Source: Enterococcus phage 113. From it: a stretch of 24,000 nt of DNA. Shown piece after piece: positions 14,879 through 24,000 of this stretch (positions within the stretch are counted from its first letter, which is position 1; each line of letters begins with the position of its first letter). A program made the position numbers and the translations under genes. The stretch lies in the sequence record MZ147816.1, one strand, 5' to 3'. The notes beneath the pieces are model-generated. The model was not told the DNA's origin. It made no database searches and saw only the letters and a program-made list of their open reading frames with translations.

Positions 14879-15157
14879 ATGTCCCTTACAAGAGAAGAAA
14901 TAAAGCAAAAAAGGCAGTATATTTTTAGCAAAGCTCAAAAGACAACAAATATACGAAAAGGGGATAAACGCATAGCAAGTGCTACACGGATGTGTGCAGT
15001 ATGTGGAAGACCGTTGTCTAGACTTGTTCTTACTAATGGTTCTGCAATAGTTACTACAGCACATGTAAGCTGTAAGATGTCAGATTTAGTACGATTGAAC
15101 ATGTGCGAAGACATACGGTCTTGCTATGCGTATACAAGTAAAAAGGGGGAGGAATAG
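14879..15157 (+). CDS. Hypothetical protein with CxxC motif (92 aa)
   Basis: MSLTREEIKQK...CAVCGRPLSRL...ATRM; GGGGTGGAGG before ATG 14879. Confidence 0.6.
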   Translation: MSLTREEIKQKRQYIFSKAQKTTNIRKGDKRIASATRMCAVCGRPLSRLVLTNGSAIVTTAHVSCKMSDLVRLNMCEDIRSCYAYTSKKGEE

Positions 15158-15161
15158 CCAC

Positions 15162-15590
15162 ATGAGTATGGCAGACCGTATTAAAGAAAATGCTGAACAA
15201 AAGAAAATGGAACGTACATCCGAACAACGATTACGTGACACATTTAATAACGCTTCTCTCACGTTAATTAACCAGTTCATGGCTAAAGTTATGGCAGGTT
15301 CAATAGATATAGATGACGTTGGGGATTTAACCCGTCTATTCCAAATCTACATGCAAATTAATAATATCAATGCAGGAATGCAAGAGGGAACTGGTCAGTT
15401 ACCTGCGCTTAGTGCTACGCAAAAGGATATTATTGCAGACAAGGTAAGCACTGAAAAGGCTACCATAGATGGAGAGGAGGAGGAAGTTGTTTCGTTGGAG
15501 GAATTAGCTAAATTATCGGATGAAGAAATTGATAAGATGCTGTTGGATAAGGAAATCCAAATGAACAAAGAAAACGAAGCAACGTTTTAA
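15162..15590 (+). CDS. Hypothetical protein, candidate terminase small subunit/accessory
   Basis: MSMADRIKENAEQKKMER...; immediately upstream and overlapping the terminase large subunit start. Confidence 0.5.
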   Translation: MSMADRIKENAEQKKMERTSEQRLRDTFNNASLTLINQFMAKVMAGSIDIDDVGDLTRLFQIYMQINNINAGMQEGTGQLPALSATQKDIIADKVSTEKATIDGEEEEVVSLEELAKLSDEEIDKMLLDKEIQMNKENEATF

Positions 15591-16645
15591 TGACAAATAA
15601 AGCACAACATATTGCTAAAATGGCAAAAGAAATGTATGGGACGGACAAAATAACAACTGCACAGCTTGCCTACATCACAGACATGTTAACTCCGTCCACA
15701 TATTTACTAAGAAACCACTCCGTTCGTAATCATCCGATTACATTTATGATTTCCGGACGTGACCAACAAAAAGCCCAAGCGCACAGACCTTGGCAAGTAA
15801 AAATTATTAATGACCAACATCGAACAAAGGCAGTTATTAAATCACGGCAATTAGGGCTTTCCGAAATGGGTGTAGGAACCATGCTACACTTTGCAGATAC
15901 ACATAGTTACGATGCAGTTAAGTGTTTGTATACCTTCCCAACAAATGAACAAATGACTAAATTTGTACAAACACGTCTTGACCCAGTATTACAACGTGGT
16001 TACTACAGTACGATTATTGACCCAGAAGTAGACTCATTAAAGGCTAAGAAGATTCGTAATAGCTTTTTATACTTCCGTTCAAGTTCTAAACCGGGAGCTG
16101 TAGAAGGGGTCGATATTGACTATCTATCTATGGACGAGTATGACCGTGTTCCTGCATTAGCCGAAGCTTCTGCATTGGAATCTATGTCATCTTCTCCATA
16201 TAAGATTGTTACTCGTTGGTCGACTCCATCAGCCCCTGATGTGGGCATCCATGCTTTGTTTGAACAGTCTGACCAATACTGGTATCTACACAAATGTGAT
16301 AAGTGTAATCATTATAACCAAATGAACTATGAAGACTATGTACCAGAGGCACCAGTGGAACGTAGAGGGAACATCCTTTGTGTAAACCCTAAAGGGGTAG
16401 ACCCAATTGCTAAAACAGTTGTGGATGGCTCCTTCCAATTCGTTTGTCAAAAATGTGGAGAACCATTAGACCGTTGGTACAATGGTATATGGGTTCCTAA
16501 ATATCCAGACCGTACTAAAAATGGTTTAGGTATTAGAGGATACATGATTTCTCAAATGAACGCTGTTTGGGTATCTGCTGACCAATTAAAAACAAAAGAA
16601 TTAACATCACTATCAAAACAAGCGTTCTATAACTATACATTGGGT
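15590..16645 (+). CDS. terL: Terminase large subunit, exon 1
   Basis: VIKSRQLGLSEMG Walker A-like, YLSMDEYDR Walker B region, CxxC zinc motif; continues at 17931. Confidence 0.88.
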
Positions 16646-17930
16646 GAATAACGCCCCTTCAATTGGTAACAATTGTCGAAAACTCTGTTAAACGGGCATA
16701 GGAAAATAACCAATATCCTGATAAGAGACCCTGCCTCCTGAAAAGGAAAGAGGGAATCCCGTGCTAAATCAAGCGTAAGCTTGTAAATGCCTAACGACTA
16801 AATTTCTAGGTAGCTAACCAAACGGGGTTAGTGAGAACTAGATAAGAACTACAAGACATTCTAAGTATGCTATTATAATTACTGAGAGGTGATTAGATGG
16901 CAAGGAAACAAACCACTGAAACATTTACAGCTCGAGTAGCTGAACTCACTGACAATGAATACATAGTTGTTGGTGAATATGTAAATAACAAAACAAAAAT
17001 AGCTATAACTCACACAACGTGCAATACTACTTATCTAGTTAAACCAAAAGGTTTTTTGGATGGCAACCGATGCCCTCATTGTAGAAATAAGCTACGAGGG
17101 GCTAAACCGAAGACACAAGAGCAGTTCGCAGAAGAGGTTGCAAACTTAACGGATAACGAGTACATCGTTGTAGGGGAGTATACAGGGGCTACTAACAAAG
17201 TAGCAATCCAACATAGACTATGTGGTAACTCATGGAAAGTTTCTCCGAATAGCTTTTTATCTCGAGGAACACGATGCCCTACATGCGTAAGAGGCATGAC
17301 AGCGCAGGAGCAAAGGTACTCTACAGAGCAGTTTATTCAGAGATTAGAGGAACGCTTTCCGAAAGAGTATACAGTACTATCTGAGTACACGGGTAGCAAG
17401 AAAAAAGTTTTGGTACGTCACAACCGTTGTGGTAATGAGTGGGAAATCAAGGCAAGTCATCTGCTACACCAAAACATGTGTCCTAGATGTAAGTCATCGA
17501 AAGGTGAAGCATTGATTCGGAGGTACTTAACAAACATAGGTTTGGATTTTACTGAACAACAAACCTTCCCTAGTCTAGAACTTAAAAAATCACTATCCTA
17601 TGATTTCTATATACCTAGTCAGCATTTGTTGATTGAATACCAAGGTATACAACATTATGAACCAATAGCCCACTTCGGTGGAACTAAACGGTTCGAACTT
17701 CAACAGGAAAGTGATAAAAGAAAACGAAAATACGCAAGTGAGCATGGGCTACGATTAGTGGAAGTACCCTACTCACTCGATACATTAGAAAAGGTATCGA
17801 CATACTTAGAACAGGAAGTCAAACTTGTAGTGTAAAGCAGAGCAACCTAAACCAAAAAATAGGTTGATGATATAGTCTAGTCCGACTGCCAAGAGCAGTA
17901 ACAAAATACTACGAAAGTAGCGGTAATTCG
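16646..17930 (+). other. Group I intron in terminase large subunit
   Basis: Exon ends TTGGGT^GAATAACGCCC (P1 GGGU/GCCC); R-like GCCTAACGACTAAAT and S-like GATGATATAGTCTAG (P7 GACTA/TAGTC); ends ...ATTCG^TATCC. Confidence 0.85.
16897..17835 (+). CDS. Intron-encoded homing endonuclease, zinc-ribbon repeats plus Vsr/EDxHD-like nuclease domain
   Basis: Three HxxCxxxW/Y...CPxC repeats followed by SYDFYIPSQHLLIEYQGIQHYEPI...ESDKRKRKYASEHGLRLVEVPY. Confidence 0.85.
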   Translation: MARKQTTETFTARVAELTDNEYIVVGEYVNNKTKIAITHTTCNTTYLVKPKGFLDGNRCPHCRNKLRGAKPKTQEQFAEEVANLTDNEYIVVGEYTGATNKVAIQHRLCGNSWKVSPNSFLSRGTRCPTCVRGMTAQEQRYSTEQFIQRLEERFPKEYTVLSEYTGSKKKVLVRHNRCGNEWEIKASHLLHQNMCPRCKSSKGEALIRRYLTNIGLDFTEQQTFPSLELKKSLSYDFYIPSQHLLIEYQGIQHYEPIAHFGGTKRFELQQESDKRKRKYASEHGLRLVEVPYSLDTLEKVSTYLEQEVKLVV

Positions 17931-18710
17931 TATCCATATGCTGACCAGAAACTTACAGTTAATGCTAGTGACGTAGAACGTAATAGACGTGGAGACCTCC
18001 CAGAATCTCCTAGAGACCGTGGAGATTACAAGTTTATCTCTGTAGGTATTGACTGGGGAAACAGACACTGGGTGTCCATTCATGGCGTTAGAACGAATGG
18101 TCAAGTAGATTTAATTAAATTGTTCTCTGTAGGTAAAGCTAACCCATTAAACCCTGATGCAATTGATACAGATATTCAGTCAATTCGATTACAATTAGCA
18201 CCATATGAACCTGATATTATCGTTGCTGATGTTGGTGACTCTGGTGATAAAGTTGCTAAACTGATTCAGATTTATGGTAAAGACCGTGTATTTGGTTGTG
18301 TATATCCATCTACACCTAAATCTACAGGTAACTTAGTACCAAGTTGGAATGTTCAAGGTAACAAGGTGTCTGCTGATAAGTTAATGCAGAATAAACGATA
18401 CATTTCAAACATGAAAGATGGAGTTATTGGTTTCTACCACAAAATGGATAGTGAGCTAAGGCTTTACATTGAACACTGGGGAAATGTAGTAATTCGTGAT
18501 GAGGAGGATGAAAAATCCCCTACAGGATTCCGACAAACCATCGGACGTAAAGGTGATGACCACTATTCACAAGCTAGTGTTTATTCCATGTTAGGTTATG
18601 AACATTTGATGAACGTATTTACAGGGGCAGATGACTATGGGTTTAACTCTGATTGGATTTCTACTCAATTGAACCCTACACCTCCTGATATTTTTACTCA
18701 GTTTACTTAA
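17931..18710 (+). CDS. terL: Terminase large subunit, exon 2
   Basis: YPYADQKLTVNASDVERNRRGDLPESPRDRGDYKFISVGIDWGNRHWVSIHG... nuclease domain, in frame after joining at the predicted splice sites. Confidence 0.85.
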   Translation, partial: YPYADQKLTVNASDVERNRRGDLPESPRDRGDYKFISVGIDWGNRHWVSIHGVRTNGQVDLIKLFSVGKANPLNPDAIDTDIQSIRLQLAPYEPDIIVADVGDSGDKVAKLIQIYGKDRVFGCVYPSTPKSTGNLVPSWNVQGNKVSADKLMQNKRYISNMKDGVIGFYHKMDSELRLYIEHWGNVVIRDEEDEKSPTGFRQTIGRKGDDHYSQASVYSMLGYEHLMNVFTGADDYGFNSDWISTQLNPTPPDIFTQFT

Positions 18711-18719
18711 AAAAGCAAA

Positions 18720-18850
18720 ATGTCCTATTTTAATTTTTCTACGTCCTTATATATTAATACTATATATCTATATACCTATATCTAGTTATTAAGTATATAT
18801 AGTATAATATATTATATAAGGGAGACAAAAATTTAAAATAGGACATTTTT
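18720..18850. repeat. Long AT-rich inverted-repeat element, copy B
   Basis: Left arm AATGTCCTATTTTAATTTTT and right arm AAAAATTTAAAATAGGACATTTTT with nested TCCTTATATA/TATATAAGGGA. Confidence 0.7.
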
Positions 18851-18861
18851 ATCAAATTAGC

Positions 18862-18910
18862 TATTGATTGACAAAAAATAATATGCTATTATACTACCTG
18901 TCAATAATAG
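18862..18910 (+). promoter_or_regulatory. Promoter embedded in a dyad
   Basis: TTGACA (18868)-16 nt-TATACT (18890); flanking inverted repeat CTATTGATTGACA...TGTCAATAATAG. Confidence 0.65.
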
Positions 18911-18953
18911 CAATAGTTATTTTTCTTGTCATAACAATAAAGGAGACGTTTAC

Positions 18954-19802
18954 ATGAATGACAATCAAGAATACCAAGCTCTTGTTGATAATCTTCTTAG
19001 CTCTGTTGCAGAATTTAAACCTGTAGAAGCTACAGTCAGTAAGTCCTTTTTAGAAGGTATGCTAGGCAAGAAGTTAAACTACGGGTACGTTATATCAGAA
19101 AATGAAAAATTATCAAAAGACTATTCACATATTGTGAAGGCTTATGGTTTTAACTCCTTTTATGACCTATACTGCTATGCTGATAGTTGTGATTCACTAA
19201 ATGACTATTTAATTAAAGGTGGTCAAAAAGATTTATCAAAGTTGAAGCCAGTTAAAAGACGAGTAATGAGAAATGGTAAAATGATGACGACTACTATCTA
19301 CGAAGACAGTTCCGGAGAAGATGATGATAATAAAAACCCATTAGATAAGGACACTCAAACAGAGGAAAATGTTGAGCCAAGAAATGCTAGAGATTTAAGC
19401 AAAACAATTATTGGAGATGACCATAATGGTATAGACCCAAAACAAATTGCTAAACTTAAAACTGAGGCAGGTAGTTTAAATGGGACATTTTCAACTGATT
19501 GTTCTTCATACTTAGTTCTTCAAGGAGAAACCGGAGAACTTGGTGGTGTGGCAGGTTATCGTAAAGAGGGTAGCTATTTATATTTAGCCTTCTACCAATC
19601 AGACGACCTTACAAGTGGAGTGGCTTATGTAGCATTTACACAACTATTGTTACGTGCTCGTAAACTTGGCTTAGGTGCTAAGATTGATGCTACTGATGAC
19701 CCGTTAGCACTAGAATTATTTAAAGAATACGGACTTAAAAAAAGTGGTAGTTGTTATATAATTTCCAAGAGTTCCCTACTGGAAGCGCTTGGGGAGCCAT
19801 GA
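18954..19802 (+). CDS. Hypothetical phage protein (282 aa), possible C-terminal GNAT-like fold
   Basis: Provided ORF, AAAGGAG upstream. Confidence 0.7.
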   Translation: MNDNQEYQALVDNLLSSVAEFKPVEATVSKSFLEGMLGKKLNYGYVISENEKLSKDYSHIVKAYGFNSFYDLYCYADSCDSLNDYLIKGGQKDLSKLKPVKRRVMRNGKMMTTTIYEDSSGEDDDNKNPLDKDTQTEENVEPRNARDLSKTIIGDDHNGIDPKQIAKLKTEAGSLNGTFSTDCSSYLVLQGETGELGGVAGYRKEGSYLYLAFYQSDDLTSGVAYVAFTQLLLRARKLGLGAKIDATDDPLALELFKEYGLKKSGSCYIISKSSLLEALGEP

Positions 19803-20626
19803 TTTCAACTTTTGAGTTATTTTTAATTTTAGCCTTCTCAACAACTGTGTTTATATGCTATAATCTTTTTGTAGCTCAAACAGTCAAGACAATTTTTGAT
19901 TTGAGAAAAAAGGCACAAGTTGTGCTAACTGAAAGGGCAACTGAGCTAACGAAGAAGTTAACAAACATACTGAAAGGGGATGTACAGGAGTTGCCAGAGA
20001 AAGAAAACGTAATTATTAACGAACAAACACTCTCTGACTTGTTAGTCGAAAAAGCAAGCGATGCCGACTACAAATTGTTCATTGAGAAACTGACAGAGAT
20101 TGTAAAGGATTTATATTCAAATTATCAATTTCTTCGTCAAGACCCACAACCCGATGATTTCATGTCAGGTTATTTTTTAGGGTTCCAAGTTTTTAGAGAG
20201 GAATACCCTGTCGAATATGAGTATTTATTCCGATTAGCTATTGACCGTGGGTTAGACGATATTAAAATCAATAAACTCTTTGTCGAAGCTTTACAAAACG
20301 GAGAGGTACTAGCACTAGGGGATGCCATTGTAGACCCTAACTTATCCGGATGCAGTTCTATCCTTCAAGCACAAGAAGTACGTGTAAACATTGTATTCGC
20401 ACCTAAAGCATACATGGAGCGTAAAGAAGAGCTGATTGAAGAAAAAACTGCTGAAATGGAAAAGCAGAAGAAAGAGCAACAAGAACTAGCAATCCAAAAA
20501 GACAACGTGGTTAAATCTGCACGTCTTGCTGAGGCTGTCATTAACGAATTAGTGGATGAAGTCGCAGAAAAACACGAACTACAAGAACTCGTTAAACAAA
20601 TTAAAGAAAGCATGAGGTATTTCTAA
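19799..20626 (+). CDS. Hypothetical membrane-anchored phage protein
   Basis: Internal ATG at 19799 overlaps previous stop; N-terminal TM segment FELFLILAFSTTVFICYNLF. Confidence 0.7.
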   Translation: MISTFELFLILAFSTTVFICYNLFVAQTVKTIFDLRKKAQVVLTERATELTKKLTNILKGDVQELPEKENVIINEQTLSDLLVEKASDADYKLFIEKLTEIVKDLYSNYQFLRQDPQPDDFMSGYFLGFQVFREEYPVEYEYLFRLAIDRGLDDIKINKLFVEALQNGEVLALGDAIVDPNLSGCSSILQAQEVRVNIVFAPKAYMERKEELIEEKTAEMEKQKKEQQELAIQKDNVVKSARLAEAVINELVDEVAEKHELQELVKQIKESMRYF

Positions 20627-20983
20627 ATGGCAAACCCTACAACCAAAGTAACATTAAACCAAGCATTAATCAAAGAATTGCGTGCACTTCAAGGAAAAAG
20701 AGAGTCCTTGATTGCAAGCAATCTACATGTACCAGAACCCCAGTCAGTTATGATTCCAATTCCTAATGTTTTAGTAACAGATGGTGACAAAGAGGTACTA
20801 AAATTTATTAAAAATATCGGTTTAATTAGAGCTGATAAATCTTTTGGGTTAGATGTGGCAATTGAAGCAGGAGAAAAAGTAACCCTTACAGATGGACGGT
20901 CTTCCACTATCTTGGAATGTATTTTCTATTACACAGGAGAGACAAAAATTGATGAAATTGAGCAATTCTTAGAACAAAACTAA
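20627..20983 (+). CDS. Hypothetical phage protein (118 aa)
   Basis: Starts directly after previous stop codon. Confidence 0.7.
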   Translation: MANPTTKVTLNQALIKELRALQGKRESLIASNLHVPEPQSVMIPIPNVLVTDGDKEVLKFIKNIGLIRADKSFGLDVAIEAGEKVTLTDGRSSTILECIFYYTGETKIDEIEQFLEQN

Positions 20984-21084
20984 TATTTCCTGATTAAAAA
21001 GAGTCTTTTTTACTTGTGCTATATTAACATTGCACAAGGAAAGAAGACTCTTTTTTTGTGACTTTTTTTACAGGAGGTTGCAAG

Positions 21085-22353
21085 ATGGCAGGCGAAGTAT
21101 TTAGTAGTTTAATTACAAGCGTTAACCCTAAACTGATGAACTCTGGTAGTCGTAACGGTATTGCTATTGACCGCATTGTTCTACATCACAATGCAACAAC
21201 AAACAAAGATGTTGCTATGAACACATGGGTAGTAGGTGGTAGTGCAGGTACATCTGCTCACTATGAGGTTACTCCAACAGAGATTATCGGTTGTGTAGGT
21301 GAGCAGTACTCGGCATTTCATGCCGGAGGAACTGGTGGTGCAGATATTCCTAAGATGTCTAACCCTAACCAACGCTCAATCGGTATCGAAAACGTAAATT
21401 CAAGTGGTGCTCCTAACTGGTCAATTGACCCTCGTACGGTTACAAACTGTGCTCGATTAGTAGCAGATATTTGTAAACGTTACGGTATCCCATGTGACCG
21501 CCAACATGTCTTAGGTCATAACGAAGTGACTTCAACAGCATGTCCCGGAGGTATGAACGTAGACGAAGTTGTACGCCAAGCAAAACAATTTATGGCAGGT
21601 GGAAATAACAGCGCACCTAAGCCTAGTCAAACAAACAGTCGTAAAGCATTCTTTGATATTGTGAATGTAAACTCTGGTGCATTTAACGTACAAGGATGGT
21701 TCATTCCTAGCAAGTCTACAAAAGGGCAATCTATCTGGTTGTACTTTATGGATAAAGCTACAAACAAAGAAATTGGGCGTTTCCAAGGTAAACGTGTAGT
21801 TCGTGAAGACGTTAAAAAAGTATACCCATCTAACCCTAACGGGGCAGAAGTTGGTTTTACTGTTAACGGCTTAACTCCACAGAATCTTATGGGTAAAGAG
21901 TACTACTTCTTGTTACGTTATAACAACGATAGCAAAGAAGAGCTTTACGTAAAAGATAAAGTCTTTAAAGCCCCTGCATTAATTAACCGTGGTTGTTTAG
22001 ACGTAATCAGAGGTGACAAAGGTCAGGTAACACTACATGGATGGCACTTATCTTCTAAACGTAGAAACTCTGACAAACACTTCTTATTCATTATGGATAA
22101 GAAAACTAATAAAGAAATTGTACGTTTTGACGTTACAAAATCTTCATTCAAGGCTTCTCCTGATATTCAAAAACTATATGACGGAACGATTGCGCAACGA
22201 GGAAACTGTAGATTTGCTTTTGCTCATGCACTAGATGCTAAATCTCCTGCACGTGGTAAAGACATCTATATCCTAAGTCGTTACTGCTCCGACCCATTAG
22301 GGAATACAGGAATTTCTGACCAGTTACAACTTGGTGGAACTAACAAATTGTAA
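21085..22353 (+). CDS. Endolysin, N-acetylmuramoyl-L-alanine amidase (PGRP/Amidase_2) with C-terminal repeat domains
   Basis: IDRIVLHHNATTNKDVAMNTWVVGGS...HAGG...NQRSIGIENVN...CARLVADICKRYGIP...VLGHNEV..TACPGG; AGGAGG before ATG 21085. Confidence 0.92.
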   Translation: MAGEVFSSLITSVNPKLMNSGSRNGIAIDRIVLHHNATTNKDVAMNTWVVGGSAGTSAHYEVTPTEIIGCVGEQYSAFHAGGTGGADIPKMSNPNQRSIGIENVNSSGAPNWSIDPRTVTNCARLVADICKRYGIPCDRQHVLGHNEVTSTACPGGMNVDEVVRQAKQFMAGGNNSAPKPSQTNSRKAFFDIVNVNSGAFNVQGWFIPSKSTKGQSIWLYFMDKATNKEIGRFQGKRVVREDVKKVYPSNPNGAEVGFTVNGLTPQNLMGKEYYFLLRYNNDSKEELYVKDKVFKAPALINRGCLDVIRGDKGQVTLHGWHLSSKRRNSDKHFLFIMDKKTNKEIVRFDVTKSSFKASPDIQKLYDGTIAQRGNCRFAFAHALDAKSPARGKDIYILSRYCSDPLGNTGISDQLQLGGTNKL

Positions 22354-22362
22354 CAGTACAAT

Positions 22363-22388
22363 GACCTACCTTCGGGTGGGTCTTTTTT
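22363..22388 (+). terminator. Rho-independent terminator after endolysin
   Basis: GACCTACC-TTCG-GGTGGGTC-TTTTTT. Confidence 0.93.
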
Positions 22389-22510
22389 ATTACTGTAATA
22401 ATATGTAATAGAACTGTAATGATTTAGGACTACCTTTGTAATACTAATTTGCTATATTAGTTCCTGTAAGCAACACATAAAACTAAAACAACCCAAAGGA
22501 GAACGACAAC

Positions 22511-23137
22511 TTGAAGAAAACGACAATTGCAACATTAGGACTTTTAGGACTAGGACTATCATTAGGATTGGGAGCTAAAGCTCACGCAGACGAAATCCAA
22601 GAAAATGGACAAACTTACTGGCAAGTAGAATCCGGAGATACATTATCAGCTATTGGTAATCGTTACGGAATTGATTTTAACTTAATTCACCAAGCAAACG
22701 CAGACAAAGTTTCAGATGCTAACTTGATTTATGTTGGAGATAAACTATTATTACCATTAAACGGTGAAGTTCAAGCTCCTGTAGCTCAACCAGTGCAAGA
22801 AGCACCAGTTGTAGAACAAACACCAGTTGTAGAACAAGCGCCTGTAGTAGAAGAAACACCTGTAGTTGAACAGGCACCAGTTGTTCAAGAACCAGTAGAA
22901 CAAGCTCCTGCCGTTACATCTAACTCAGCAAAAGAATGGATTGCACAAAAAGAATCTAGCGGTTCTTACTCAGCTACTAACGGACGTTACATTGGACGTT
23001 ACCAATTAGATTCATCTTACTTAAACGGTGACTACTCACCAGAGAACCAAGAACGTGTAGCAGATGCTTATGTTGCAGGACGTTATGGTTCATGGGAAAA
23101 TGCACAAGCTTTCTGGTTAGCTAACGGTTGGTACTAA
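22511..23137 (+). CDS. Secreted LysM-domain protein with transglycosylase-like C-terminus
   Basis: Signal peptide MKKTTIATLGLLGLGLSLGLGAKAHA, LysM (YWQVESGDTLSAIGNRYGIDFNLIHQAN), PVVEQ/APV repeats, C-terminal WIAQKESSGSYSATNGRYIGRYQLD. Confidence 0.85.
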   Translation: MKKTTIATLGLLGLGLSLGLGAKAHADEIQENGQTYWQVESGDTLSAIGNRYGIDFNLIHQANADKVSDANLIYVGDKLLLPLNGEVQAPVAQPVQEAPVVEQTPVVEQAPVVEETPVVEQAPVVQEPVEQAPAVTSNSAKEWIAQKESSGSYSATNGRYIGRYQLDSSYLNGDYSPENQERVADAYVAGRYGSWENAQAFWLANGWY

Positions 23138-23167
23138 AATAATAAATACTAACAGATTAAAAAAAGA

Positions 23168-23200
23168 CTCTCTTTTTAGGGGGTCTTTTTCTTATGCTAT
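23168..23200 (+). terminator. Rho-independent terminator
   Basis: AAAAAGAC...GGGGTCTTTTTC hairpin with T tract, followed by TATGCTATATTAT promoter-like sequence. Confidence 0.75.
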
Positions 23201-23240
23201 ATTATAACTGTAACTTAAAAACAAACAGGAAGTGATAGCT

Positions 23241-24000
23241 ATGAGTAACATTAACATGGAAACCGCAATTGCGAACATGTATGCTCTAAAAGCACGAGGT
23301 ATTACTTACTCAATGAACTACTCCCGAACAGGTGCAGATGGCACAGGGGATTGCTCTGGCACTGTCTATGATTCTTTACGTAAGGCAGGGGCTAGTGATG
23401 CAGGTTGGGTACTTAACACAGATAGTATGCACAGTTGGCTAGAAAAAAATGGTTTTAAACTGATTGCACAAAATCAGGAATGGTCAGCTAAACGTGGAGA
23501 CGTTGTTATCTTTGGTAAAAAAGGTGCAAGTGGCGGTTCCGCAGGTCACGTGGTTATCTTCATTAGTAGTACACAGATTATTCACTGTACATGGAAATCA
23601 GCAACGGCTAACGGTGTTTACGTAGATAACGAAGCAACTACTTGCCCATATAGCATGGGTTGGTATGTGTATCGTTTAAATGGTGGAAGTACTCCTCCAA
23701 AACCAAACACTAAGAAAATAAAAGTACTTAAACACGCTACCAACTGGTCTCCATCAAGTAAAGGTGCAAAAATGGCAAGTTTTGTCAAAGGCGGTACATT
23801 TGAAGTTAAACAACAACGACCAATTTCTTATTCTTACTCTAATCAAGAATACTTGATTGTAAATAAAGGAACAGTACTTGGATGGGTTCTTTCCCAAGAC
23901 ATTGAAGGTGGATATGGTTCAGATAGAGTTGGGGGAAGCAAACCTAAACTACCTGCCGGATTTACGAAGGAAGAAGCTACGTTTATTAATGGTAATGCTC
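23241..24000 (+). CDS. Peptidoglycan hydrolase, Amidase_5/NlpC-P60-like (truncated by window edge)
   Basis: MSNINMETAIANMYALKARGITYSMNYSRTGADGTGDCSGTVYDSLRKAG...GHVVIFISSTQIIHC; catalytic Cys/His pattern. Confidence 0.8.
   Translation, partial: MSNINMETAIANMYALKARGITYSMNYSRTGADGTGDCSGTVYDSLRKAGASDAGWVLNTDSMHSWLEKNGFKLIAQNQEWSAKRGDVVIFGKKGASGGSAGHVVIFISSTQIIHCTWKSATANGVYVDNEATTCPYSMGWYVYRLNGGSTPPKPNTKKIKVLKHATNWSPSSKGAKMASFVKGGTFEVKQQRPISYSYSNQEYLIVNKGTVLGWVLSQDIEGGYGSDRVGGSKPKLPAGFTKEEATFINGNA

Noticed and set aside
1-24000. CRISPR arrays or defence operons
   Set aside because: No regularly spaced direct repeats and no cas or known defence genes recognised.

Overview
This looks like the tRNA/ncRNA and lysis/packaging flank of a large SPO1-like (Herelleviridae-type) phage genome, probably with a Lactobacillales host (inference). 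The left ~13 kb is a minus-strand array of about 25 tRNA or tRNA-like genes. It also contains: (i) a phage-encoded tmRNA with decodable tag AKNEELLAVA; (ii) a ~582-nt structured ncRNA candidate closed by a perfect 15-bp terminal helix and resembling ROOL/GOLLD-class phage RNAs; (iii) three free-standing homing endonuclease genes (GIY-YIG and HNH) placed in or beside split tRNA genes; (iv) a Ro60/TROVE/DUF2828-like gene at the left edge. The most unusual signal is a set of circularly permuted tRNA loci on the minus strand (about 862-1300 and 2229-2314). There the tRNA 3' half lies upstream of its own 5' half, the acceptor strands are complementary across a 3-7 nt linker, and at the first locus the two permuted units are interleaved with three copies of a ~75-nt structured element. 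The ends of successive copies pair with each other, with a covarying base pair. The right ~10 kb is mostly plus strand: small terminase candidate, large terminase split by a group I intron with an endonuclease ORF, conserved phage proteins, an amidase endolysin, a LysM protein and an Amidase_5-like hydrolase. All calls were made by eye; boundaries of unusual RNAs are approximate (+/-1-3 nt).
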